This document shows, piece by piece, positions 12,728-24,527 of a DNA stretch of 64,000 nt. The position numbers and the translations under genes were made by a program. Source of the DNA: Gnetum montanum (taxonomy: Eukaryota > Plantae > Gnetophyta); contig MNCI01002616.1 of assembly GCA_015680685.1 (NCBI GenBank), positions 130,378 to 194,377 of the forward strand. The letters are read 5' to 3'. Under the pieces are notes generated by a model, which made no database searches, was not told where the DNA came from, and worked only from the letters and a program-made list of their open reading frames with translations. The first letter of the stretch is position 1, and each line of letters begins with the position of its first letter.

Positions 12728-15700
12728 ATGATTCTTACAACAATAGCTATTTTCACCTTGAGCCTTGAGGCTCCTTTTTTGGCTCAAAGCACCATGGGTG
12801 CCGAGTGGCCAACTAGCCCAGTGCTGGCACCATGCCAGCCCCTTTGGATTTGACATCTGGCACCTGAGTTCTTGGCACAAGACGTAGAATGTTATGACTT
12901 CATCTACGCAAAGATCCAAGAAAATCTACCCTTGGATTGCCAAGCACTCAAGAAAAAACACAACTTTGAGTTCCTTCATAGGAATGGGAGGGAGTTTGTC
13001 CCTACCCCTGACGTTACCATCCCCCTGACGAAAATGTATCAATGGATCTTAGATTAGCTACTGTGAGTTAGTAAGCCTAGGAAGTAAGACACGACATTCC
13101 ATTATGATGAAGCATTCCAGGATGGAGAGGAAGACCTAGACTCCCAATCCGAGGGTGGTGGTCAGACTTACCCTATGACCATCCCTCCTACCATGGTCTT
13201 CAGGACAAACCCACTTTTCGCATCAACCCTCTTTGTGATTACCATGACTCTGTCCCAATCTACATTTTCATAAACCATGGGCAACCATCCTGCACCCTCA
13301 ACGTGTCAACATGCTTCTCCGTTAGTTTCATTCCTAGGCACTTTCCCTCCTCATTCTATGCCATTATGTGCACATGACATCTACTTCACAGTCACATGGA
13401 GTCTCTGCTCCTATCTCATCATCTACACTTGTTCCACCATTAGCAGTAGGCCTAGCCCCAACCGCGTGGTGGACCCCAGCCACTTTGCTCCCTATTTCGC
13501 TACCCCACCAGATGCCACATTACCCTTACCACCAAGTAGATCAAGTCCTATAGGTGTTGCAACCAAGCATCGAATTGTGGTCCATCCCATTGATCATGCA
13601 AGTGACTAACCCCATAGCACCACCAGCTGTCACAGCTCCAACAACACCACCCACTAGGTGGTAGACCCCATAGGTAACACCCTTCGCAAGGGTAGCCCCA
13701 ACAACACCCCCTATGAGGCATGCCGCAATCCTTACTACACCACCAATGATGGTTGCCCCCACAACCCCACAACCATCTACATCATCTCCAGGTCTAGACC
13801 AAGCATTTCAACTTATCCAGACCCTCACCGAAGAGGTTAAACATGTCAAAGTTGTCAATTCTGATATGGTGTAGGTCATGCATTTCTACCATGATGACCC
13901 CATTATCCTGGTAGTTCCTATGCTTACATTACCCCCTAGGATGCTACTCTCCCAATTTACAAAATACAACAGTGAGGGTGACCCTAACACACATTTAGTT
14001 ACATTTAGATCTGAATCTTTGTTGTTGTAATAGTGGCCACACACCATTATTTGTGTCTTTGTTATCTCTAACAATAAAAGCTTTATACTGGTACTATGCA
14101 CTCCCACATGCATCCATCTCAACACTGGAGGAGCTACTGACCCAATTCATGACCCACTTCAAGTATAACTTGAAGCCCAAAGTCACGCTGGATCAGTTGA
14201 TGGGCATTAAGAAAGACCCGCTAGAGTCGGTGCAATGGTTTACATAGCGGTGGAGTGCTACCTTGAATGAGATCCATGAGCCTATCATGGAGGCCCATTT
14301 TCTAGCCATCTTCAAGGGGGTGCTAAATGATTTCATCAAATCCAAGCTGTACTACCTAGCCCCACGCTCTCTCAGTTAAAATTTCACTCAGACCAAAAGC
14401 ATCCAAGATGCAGCCGAAGCTAGTAAGGACCTGACCTACGTTGCATATAAAAATGCATATACCAAAAAAAACAAAGAGAAGGGTAAAGCTATAATAGCCA
14501 CGGTGGCTGCCGTGGCCAATGAGGCAAAGCCCAACAACAAAAATAACAAGAAAATAGCCACAACATCAGCTAACCCCGTGCCTAGCCTAGGTAACACTAC
14601 CCAACCCTCCATGTTAGCACCAGAGGCACCCACTCCACCTAAACCCAACTTTGAGTGGAAAGATCGCTCCAAGTACACCCCTCTACCTGTCAAGCCTTCA
14701 GAACTTCTAAAGCAATTGCTAAGGGCTGGGTATATTCAACATAAGTGAATGTCAGAGGAGGTGATCAAATGACATCAGCAGTATTGTGAAATCCTTAGGA
14801 ACCCCTCCTTGGCTATGCCCAATGAGCTGCTAGTTCCTAAGAACTTTAGGCTAGAATGGTTCTATGACTACCACCAACTTTGTGGTCATGACACAGATTA
14901 TTGTCTAGCCTTAATAGAGGACATCCAATGGATGATTAATCGAGGGAAGTTGGTGCTAGAAGAAAGTAACTTTGTCTGCCCTGAAAATCAATCCATGCAC
15001 GTTTACAAGGACCCTCTCAACACTAACGACGTGGGGTACATTATCAATACAATTGGCATAGATGGTAATCTAGAATCGCCGTAGCAGCCGTTTGTGGTCG
15101 TGTACCTCAACGTAGCATAGTGACATAAAAAATGGAAAAAAAGACACTACAACAATCATTTTTCCTCAAGGTTCCTCCTTAGACATCTACCCTTGCACCC
15201 TTCATATTCATAACTACATTGCCGCCTACACTAATGCCACAAACACCATTTTTCATTAGGCAGCCAAAACACTCAACTGCCCCATCACATAGAGCCAACC
15301 TAAGACGACATCACAACCTTTCCATTCAAGAAAATGGGAAGAGTGTACGATATATGAAATGATCAAGGAATGTACTGCTACAGGTTCTTCGAATCCTACG
15401 CCCTCTTCCTTCATGTCTACACCCCCCTCATCACCAAAAGCTAATGCCACTATGTGCACACGATCATCACAACCCCATCCAAAAGGTGCTAGCCCCAAAC
15501 TTGAAACTACTCCTCGAGAAATTTGTCTTCTAGGATGAATGGAGGAAGATAAGGGCAACAAACAACAAGAAAGTGGATAGGACCTCCTAAATTCCCTTAC
15601 TCAGGTCAAATAGACTTTGAAATAAAATAACACAACCTTGAGCCTATACGACTTGGTAATGACTTCCACTGCACACTGCGAGGCTTTGGTTCACATGTTA

Positions 15701-16453
15701 CCATCCATATTGGTTGACAAAAACATGCCAACAAAGGAGAAAGCAATCCATGTGGTCATGCTTCTTTCTACACTAGAAGAACCATGGCCATCTCAATTAG
15801 CATTTTGTGAGGAGTCCATTAAAGATGATCCTGAAAAGGGTCGCACGACAACAACACCCATGTTCATCACGATTCAGGTCGGTCAACACAAGATCTGAAG
15901 AGTACATGTTGATGACGAGGTTGCTACAAATGTCATCCCATTTCCCATAGTGGACAAACTCGGTTTGGTGGATCAAATCAAACCCATGACAATGTCATGT
16001 TTGAAGTTGTTCAATGGAGCATGGGTGGTGGTAAAAGGCACTATCCACATTAACTTTGTTGCAGGGGATTAGTTTCCCACAAGTGTAACCTTCATTTTGG
16101 TAGAAGAGATGCCTGGGTTTAACATGATCTTGGGGAGGTTGTGGTTACCCCAACTTAGGGCTGTCTCTTCACCCATACATCAAAAAATTTACCTACCTTA
16201 TGCAGGTAGATAGGTGGTGATCTATGGCAACGAAGTAGCTACCCAGGCAATAAACAATGTTGACATGGAGCAAGGCTCAGAAGTAATATCCTCTAAGACT
16301 GAAGCATATGTCTTCACTGAAGCTACTTGTTTGGCAAATAAGCTAGCCCAAAACATTAGCTTAGAAAACAAAACTACATGGGTAGAATTACCTTGTCAAG
16401 TGATAGATAACGATGTAGAGGAATACCACAATAAAGCCCCTTGGCAAGAATAA
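12728..16453 (+). pseudogene. gag: gag-protease of element B (stops and frameshifts)
   Basis: Gag core ALYWYYALP...FKYNLKP, Cys/His box F(Y)DYHQLCGHDTDYC, protease RVHVDDE.ATN and FNMILGR.W. Confidence 0.9.
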
Positions 16454-16619
16454 TTGTTACCGATGTAGCATAACTACTCCGCTGCTTCCGACATGGCTAA
16501 CACTTATCGTACGTTTATTCTTTGATGGCTTCATATTTGTTCGATTACACTAAGTGTCTAACTCATTCTTTAAACCATTCACATCATGTCCACTGTTTAC
16601 ATTACACCACAGACTGCTA

Positions 16620-16765
16620 AGGCCTAAAACTGGCAAAATTTTTCCTTACCATCATCTAATGACCTGAAACGACCTAAAACTACCGATGGCCCAAAATGGC
16701 CTAAAACTAGTGATGGCCCAGAATGGCCTTAAACTATTGTTATGGCCCGAAATGGCCTAAAACTA
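16620..16765 (+). repeat. Post-protease tandem array (TGGCCYGAAATGGCCTAAAACTA units) of element B
   Basis: Repeated GGCCTAAAACT units read directly. Confidence 0.85.
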
Positions 16766-17582
16766 AAACGAGATGCTCCTAACGAATTTAATTCATAAAA
16801 AAAGATAAACAATAAAACAAAAATAAATACAACATATAGGCCAAAATGAAATAAACCTCTTCATATTCAATTTTTTTCTTTCATTTAAAATATTAATTAA
16901 TAATCTTTTCAACATTTTTTGTGAAAATCCAAATAAAATTCCCAGCTGCTACGCTATGACCCTTTGCCCAGTCCATCTTCCCTTGCTTCATTACGCCCTA
17001 TGTTTTCATCTAGATTCTGTACCATAGGAAAAATGAAAGTCAGTTAAAGCTACAATAAAGACTCGAAGAAAATAAATTGTCACAATGCCAAAAGGTGACT
17101 GACCTGAGACGACCCCACGTCGATTTCGAGGGGTATCCGATCCAAGCCTACCGTGAGGCATTGAAAGATCTCCTCTTCAGTAATATCAGCCTAATTCCTA
17201 TCTCCCAGGTCAACGCTTGTTGCAACTTTCTCCTTTTCTATGGATGTCCATCTCAGTGGTCCTGGAGAAAAGGTGGCAATAGTGATCTCACCCATGGGAA
17301 AGGTCATTTCCCTTTCGGGAGATTCACTTACTGTCACTTGTTGCATAAACCTATCATAAGCCCCAGAAGCACCAATAATGTCAAGGAATACCTCGTAAGT
17401 ATGTAACTTGATAGAGGCATCCTAATATTGGTTACGGTAGGTGGCACGTTCTAGCTTATACATATGTTTGTGGTTTTTCTGTGCCTACCCCCACTTGTAA
17501 ATTTTTTCACTATAGTCCTTCTAGTCTTGGTTCTTCTAGGATAACAGGTCAATTTGCATGTGTTGTTCTATTATTTCATGAG

Positions 17583-19036
17583 TGTAACGACGGAAAACGT
17601 CGGCAGCTGGAAAATACCGAACAAATTCTGTGTACACAGTTCTAACCACGGATCCGTATGAGGGCTATGCTGGAAAAATGAATCCGCGGCACCCTGAACG
17701 GTCTTGTCGATCAGATAGGGACTTACTAATCAGTAAATCGATGAATGTCTCATGGAATGATCTGATTCGAGAAATCGCAAAACCAAGAAAAATGACGTAG
17801 ATGAATTGCAACGACGATAATGCTAAAAGCGATAAGAGAAGGCTAGCACAAGAGAAACATGTAGTTTCAAGATCTATGCTTTGACTTGGAAAAATGTATA
17901 TTTTGTATGCCACATTACACTAGGGAGACCCCGATTGCTTGATGTAAGGTAAACACAAAACAACAAGGAAACTGTCCAAACAGAAGTCCGATCTACCTTG
18001 AGGGCTAGAGCCAGGATGCAAGGAAGGTCAAGCTCTGACGCCTACCGATCAATTGTTTCTGACCAATAGAGTCTTCCCCAGCAGAACGATTACTCCTGCC
18101 ATCGGTACTCAAAGTTAACTGTGCTCTATTTCTACCGGAAGGTGATGCTGTCAACAATTGCCAAAGCACTGCTCTCTGTGTCTCTGCTTCAAAAGTGATA
18201 AGTGCTCCAGTGCTTAGAAAATGCCTTTGCTTTTTTGATTTGCCAACCCCTGTATCTTCGTCAACTGGGGTATTTATAGGCTGCAACATCTTGTGGAAGA
18301 GGCACAACCCTAATGATGCGTGTCCCAAATGTTTCGGGTACTATTGGTCTGACTGTTTTTGTGTAAGGCTTCATAATTACGCACAATACGCTCGTTTGCG
18401 TATTGTGCGTGTGAAGAAGAGGTGCACGTCAGGCACGTTTCAACTGCCTTTGGGTCATATTATGCTCATCACGCTGCATTGTGTGCACGAGCGTAACATA
18501 ATCATGGAAGCAATAGATTCAGGCTGTTTTACGCTTGCATACGCAGCTGCGCGTAATGAAGCGTAAACGATGTCTAGCTTAGCGACGCAATACATTATGA
18601 TATACTACGTTGCGTGATGAGTGTATGATGAGCAGTCACACTTTCTTAGACTTTGCCTTTGACTGTTTTGGAGCCCATTACGCTGACGTGCGTAACAGAG
18701 TGTAAACATGGCCTTGAACCAAAGCCTTAGCAAAATATACAAGAAGTTGTATATTACGCTGCTCAAGCTTCTCCCTATGCCAAAGTAACTAGGCTTTTGA
18801 TGCTGGAATAGGTTTAAAGAGAATAACACTAAGCGTAATTACGCTGTGTCACGTGATATAGCGTAAATAGAGAAAACATAGTAAGATTAGAAATCTGCGC
18901 AGGAAGTTGAAGACTTGATGCTACGCGCCTCTTGGTGTTGCTCTGGCTTATTCTTCCTTTTGGAATTCTGACATGTGCCCTTGCCTGAATTGCGAATCTT
19001 TGCCTGAGGCCGACTCATAATTTTCACGGTGTTTCA
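17583..19036 (-). repeat. 3' LTR of element A
   Basis: TG...CA termini, colinear with 33366-34798. Confidence 0.97.
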
Positions 19037-19050
19037 ATGGCCCCTCTTTA
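19037..19050 (-). promoter_or_regulatory. Polypurine tract of element A
   Basis: Minus strand reads AAAGAGGGGCCAT directly before TGAAACACC. Confidence 0.85.
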
Positions 19051-20134
19051 TTGACGGTTGGAGGGCTTACCCGAAAGACGTCGACAAAGAATACAAAACA
19101 CCGGATTGGTAGAAGCAAGAACAACGTCCATCCATGGCTACTCAGGCATTGCCCTGTCAAGATGAAAGAGCAAAGCTAGAGGAATGGGAGATAAAATGAC
19201 ATAAGGCAGGAAACAAGTTCGGGGAAGACATAACATAGGTCAGGATGGTAGGAGTATGGAATACGCTTACTGAACGCACATAAACGTATGCACATGTAAG
19301 TCAATAGGAATGCTTTCAAATGAGCATAACCCGTCAGTCTGAGATCTCTCTGTCACTGATTATAGCAGGAATGCTCGCAAAAGGAGCATGGCGCATCACT
19401 TCTGTGATATCTCTGCTAGTGGGAGTGCGGAAAATGGATACTTGCGTATGGGAAGCGGGTGGTGGGGATGAAAGGAACCAAGAGCTAAGGGTAGGATTGT
19501 GAGAGGTATAGGCATGCAGATCTAAGTGGTTGGGCAAACCTGAGCAGCCATCTCAAAACGCTATTTTTTTTCACCGCTCAAATGGATGCACCTTTGAACC
19601 ACATCCGCGAAGCAAGTAATCTACAACCACAGAAGAAAATAGAGGGCACGATTGCTCATGCGAACAAGAGGCGAGGTTGTTGAAACGAGCACCGTTTGAT
19701 GCAAGATAGAGCGATTGGACCATGAAGAAGGAGCTGTAGCATGAGGGCAGAACCGCCAATCCTGATGATTGGCCCAGCATATCTTCGCCAAAAGGCATCA
19801 GACACAGTGCAGCTAACTGGTTGTACAGGAAACCAGCTAGATGAATTTGTGAAGCCAGCATCTGATAGCGATGATCGGCGGAGGTCCCTGAGGCCGTTGT
19901 CGAGGAGGATTTCGTCAGGGCTCCGGCTGGCGGGACTAAACTCTCAGAGGTGCCACCACTGCAGTGGGCGCAGCGGTGGCATCTCTGAGGGATCAGTAAG
20001 ATGCCTCTCAGCTCATCCGAGGAATCAGTAAGATGCTGGTGGGGTGGCGACACTGGGACTGTCCCTGTATCCCACCTTGTTGTTTGTGCAACTGTAAAGA
20101 GATGATCATGCTTGCTTGATTTACATGGCAGCAG

Positions 20135-20640
20135 TCTGTAAGTCCCAGTTTTAAGTCCTGGTAGACTGTCGTTACTAGTTTTAAGTCTCAGCAGAACATG
20201 GTCCCAATTTAAAGTTTGGGAGGACCGAGAAGTGCTAGTTTTACGTCGTAGCGGATGGTGCCATGTATGATTTATGGTCTCAGCAAACCGTGCTGTGGAC
20301 GTCATTTTCGTGTCATGACCCAGGGACAGATCTATGTTGATTTTATGTCTTAGCAGATGGCTACTTACCTGTGCCAGTTTAGCATCGTGGCGGATGCGTG
20401 CAAATGGTGCCAGTTTTTCGTCTTGGCGGACCTGTACAACAATGCTAGTTTTACGTCGTAGCGGACGGTTGCAACTTGCCAGTTTAGCGTCATAGCAGAT
20501 GAATATTGCCAGTTTAGCATTGTGGCAGATGCGTGCAAGGAATGCCAGTTTTACGTCGTAGTAGACGATCAGTGCCAGTTTAACGTCGTAGCGGACGTTT
20601 AGTGCCAGTATAGCGTCGTAGCGGACGAGTATTGCCATAC
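20135..20640 (-). repeat. Post-integrase tandem array of A (~30-36 bp units, GTCCGCTACGACGTAAAACTGGCA)
   Basis: More than a dozen degenerate units with GCCAGTTT(T)A on the plus strand. Confidence 0.9.
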
Positions 20641-20664
20641 CTGCTGTTAACACCATAGATGCTG

Positions 20665-23600
20665 CTAAATGTAATACCGCTTCAAGTACACATGATTTAC
20701 AGGATTTGGTAATTCATTGTTGTTGACATCTACTAACTTGAATGCGCCGTTGCTATACACGTCGACCACCAAGAAAGGGCCTTCCCAGTTTGTAGAGAAC
20801 TTGCCTACTGGTTCATGCACAGCCTTGAGGACTAGATCTCCTTTCTTGATCGGGCGCTGTTGAAGGCTGTGATGATGCTTCTGTCTCTGTTTGTCTTGAT
20901 ACCTTTCAATCGTGTTAAGAGCCTGTATCCGCTTCTCTTCTACTGAATCCAGATTCGCGATTCGAGACTCGGTGTGTTGAGCCTCATTTATAACTGTGGA
21001 GAGGACCATCCTCAGAGAAGGAATTTGCAACTCGAGAGGCAGCACTGCTTCAGACCCGTAAACAAGGCTATAGGGCGTACTACCCGTAGTACGGTATGCC
21101 CATAGCACATAGAGGATCTGTTCGTGCCACCACGTTTTGTTGCCGTCGAGCATTTTCTTAAGCAGATTAATGATCACTTTATTCATTGCTTCAGCTTGAC
21201 CATTCGCTTGTAGGTAATAGGGAGAGGAAAAGGATTGTCTAATGCCTAGGTTGTCACAGAAAGATTTGGTTTCTGTGCTACTAAATTGTGGTCCATTATC
21301 GGTCACGATAGTCATCGGGAGACCAAATCTGGTTACTATATTGTCCAGGATAAAATGGAAAATCTACTGAGATGTGATCTTTCACAGGGGAACAGCCTCT
21401 ACCCACTTCGTAAAATACTCAGTAGCAGTAATAATGAAGCTATGACCAGTGGAAGACTTCGGCGTGATGGGGCCTATAATGTCTAGTCCCCATCGCTGAA
21501 ATGGCCATGTTATCTGCATTGTATGTAATTCTGTGGGTGACACATGTATGAGGTTAGCGTGATGCTGAAACATGTCACAAGTTTTAACCTTTGTCAGGCA
21601 ATCCCTTTCCATGCGCGGCCAGTAGTATCCTAAACGATGGATTTTTAGGGCCATAGCTCGTGGTGCTACATGTTCGCCGCATAGTCCCTCATGAACATCG
21701 CTGACTATATGCTGCGCTTGGTTTTTGTCAACGCAAGTAAGCAGCACGCCATCAAAGGAGTGTCTACAGAGAGTGCTGTCTCTGATGATGACATATTGCT
21801 TAGCCCGCTTACGGATTGCGTCTTTCTGTGCGCATGTCAATGTAGATGGTAGCTCGCCCTGTAAAAGATAAGTTTTAATGTCGTCGTACCATTCAGGCGT
21901 GATTTCCTCAAGAAGAGAGGAGATTTGTGTCATCTGAATGATAGGATCTGCGCAGTCTATAATCAATTCAGGATAGGTGTCCAAAAGATGTGCAGGCACG
22001 TTCAAAGCTAGTGTTGCCAGTGCATCGGCCAGTGTGTTATCCGTGCATCGATGGTCGCGAATCGTCTCAAAAGATCTTTAGTCGTATCGCAGTAGGGCTG
22101 CAAATGTACAGCCTTGCAGGTGTAGACTCCTGTGATCTGATTTATGACAAGCATCGAATCACCCCTAATTGCCAGGTGTTGAACATCGAGTTCACCGGCA
22201 GTTAGTAATCCCCTGAGGAGCCCCTCGTACTCTACCACATTGTTCGTACAAGGGAAGGTCAAGCGATAAGCATGCAGACACACATCCTAAGGCGATAGCA
22301 TGATAACAGTGGCAGCACTGCCACCTCTAGCGGTTGAAGCACCATCAAAGTACAACGTTGCTTCGGGGCCTGTCGAGATAGGGCTTAAACTATGTACATG
22401 TTCGTCAGGGAACTCTAGTTCTATGGTCACTTGATTGTTAATTGGTGACATTACTAACTGGTCAGCTATCGCTTGGCCTTTCATAGATGATTGGCCGACA
22501 TAGTGCAGATCGAATTCTGCCGTGATAGCCTTCCAGTGAGCTATTTTACTACTCTCGTATAAATTGTGCGTAATGGTCCTAAGAATGTTGTTTTTACAGA
22601 TGATGTTGACTTTGCTACGGAAAAGATAATGTCTACATTTTTTAAGCATAAAAATTAATTCTAGGCAATTACGCTCTATGTCGTTATACCTCATTTCGTA
22701 CGCACATAGGGCATGAATCAAGTAGTAGATGGGCACTTCCGACCCATCGTCCCTCCTTTGATAAAGTAATGCGGCTAACGCTACGTCCGACGTTGCGAGG
22801 TAAATGTAAAAAGGCAAGTCCCTTTGTGGGGGGAAAACTGTCGATAAATGTTGTAGTTCTTGTTTTAAACTATCAAACGCACATTGGTAATCATCGGTCC
22901 ATTCGAAATTAACCCCCTTTTTCAGCAAGTGTTGCATAGGGTGTAGCTTGTCGGTTAATCTCAAGATGAACTGGCATATAAACTGTAAGCGTCCCTGTAA
23001 CCCGCGTAATTGCTTGAGGTCTGTAGGAGGCGTGAGCTCAACAATGGCTTTGACTTTATCAGGGTAAACTTGTATGCCAGCTTTCGACACCACAAACCCC
23101 AGCATGCGTTCGATTTTGACTCCGTATACGCACTTCTTTGGGTTAAGCCGGAGCTCATATTTGAAACATCTTTTAAGGACTAACTCCAGGTCTCCTGAAT
23201 GATCCTCAAACTTTAAAGACTTAACTGCTATATCATCTACATAATCATTCAGCCTTCCTAAGAGGTAATTGCGGAAGATGTATGTCATGGCTCGTTGATA
23301 CGTTGCTCCGGCGTTCTTTAGAACAAAAGGCATCATAGTGTAGCAGAAGGTGCCCCAAGGTGTCATGAATGTTGTGGTCAGCTGATGTTCTGGGTTAATG
23401 CGAATCTGGTTATAACCCGAAAAACCATCCATAAAGGACAACAACGCATGCCTAGCTGTTGTGTCAACTAGTTGATCGATACTTGGAAGTGGGAAGTTAT
23501 CTTTGATCGTTGCCTTATTCAAATCCCGGAAGTTGATGCAGATGCATATGCTTCCAATCTTCTTTGGGACGACTACAATGTTAGACACCCAATTTGAGTA

Positions 23601-24122
23601 ATCGACTGCACGGATGAACCTAGCCTGATACAGTTTAGTGATTTCATCACGCACGGCTAGCGCGATTTCTGGCTTAATTTTGCGTGCCTTTTGCCTAACT
23701 GCCTTAACCTATGGGTCTAAGATGATGTTATGTTGGATTAGCCTGGGATCTAGTCCAGGCATATCCTCGTATGACCATGTGAAGACGGTAATGTTGTCTT
23801 GCAGGACCTATGTTATGGCATCGTGCGTTTTCTGGTCTAATAAAGAACTGACTTTAAGCGCTTTGGCCTCACCTCTATACGTAACGATAGAGACCTCACT
23901 GAGGGGGTCTTCGGTTATGTCTCCAGCCTCCAGATCTAGCATACGTGTTGACTATTCTAGCCACTTTGGGGATGTCTCCGACGCAGCTATGGTTACGGCT
24001 TCTAAAGAGGGGTTAGCATCTATCAACGTGGAGTCAAATTGTCTAACTATCTTCCCGTGTGGGCCTGTCAAAGTTAGGGGTGCTGAAACTGTTGCGTCCA
24101 TTTGCCGTCTGTCCTGCAAAAC
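20665..24122 (-). pseudogene. pol: pol of element A: RT - RNase H - archaeal-type RNase H - integrase
   Basis: RT motifs LSFMDGFSGYNQI, MPFVLKNAGATYQR and YVDD. RH LATSD..YYL. aRH LYFDGAS, TNNVVEYEGLL and GDSMLV. INT HEGLCGEH, WGLDIIG, TDNGPQF, NGQAE and NWEGPF. Confidence 0.97.
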
Positions 24123-24527
24123 CTTCAAGTGCGTAAATGATTAGGAGACAAGTGACGTGATGTCGCCGAACATGGAAGGCTAACTAAATTTTGAATATTG
24201 TAGACAAGCTGTAATCAATGCAACCCGATTACGAGGTGATAAGATGTGGTAGTTTAACATCATTTCGGACAGTGGCACGTGCAATATCAGCCGCATTAAT
24301 ATTTGGATTTTCAGGTTCCGTTTTAGGAAAGTCCTGCTGAAATCGGCTATCAAGTCGGTGATCCTCGCGTATAAGCAAGTAGTTTTTTTTTGATGAGGAC
24401 AGGTTGTTGGCTGTTGAGAATTTGAATTCGTGACTGTCGTTGAGAGAAGGAAGAGTAGAAAGTTAGAGCGTGTAATCTTGCGAAGATTTGCAAGTGTTAA
24501 GCTGTGAAAAAATCTAAAGCCTTTGCA

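Noticed and set aside
18195-18566. ORFs within LTRs (18195-18566, 34077-34328, 9200-9388, 36795-37136)
   Set aside because: They recur only because the LTRs are repeated. Their starts and lengths differ between copies and they show no domain signature.
19571-20656. Retroviral env-like gene after integrase
   Set aside because: There is no convincing signal peptide or transmembrane architecture, half of the ORF is tandem repeat, and it is not open in B or C.
23638-24144. ORF-track ORFs opposite gag or pol (e.g. 23638-24144, 47234-47713, 31762-32145)
   Set aside because: These are shadow frames antisense to recognisable gag/pol sequence, with no independent motifs.
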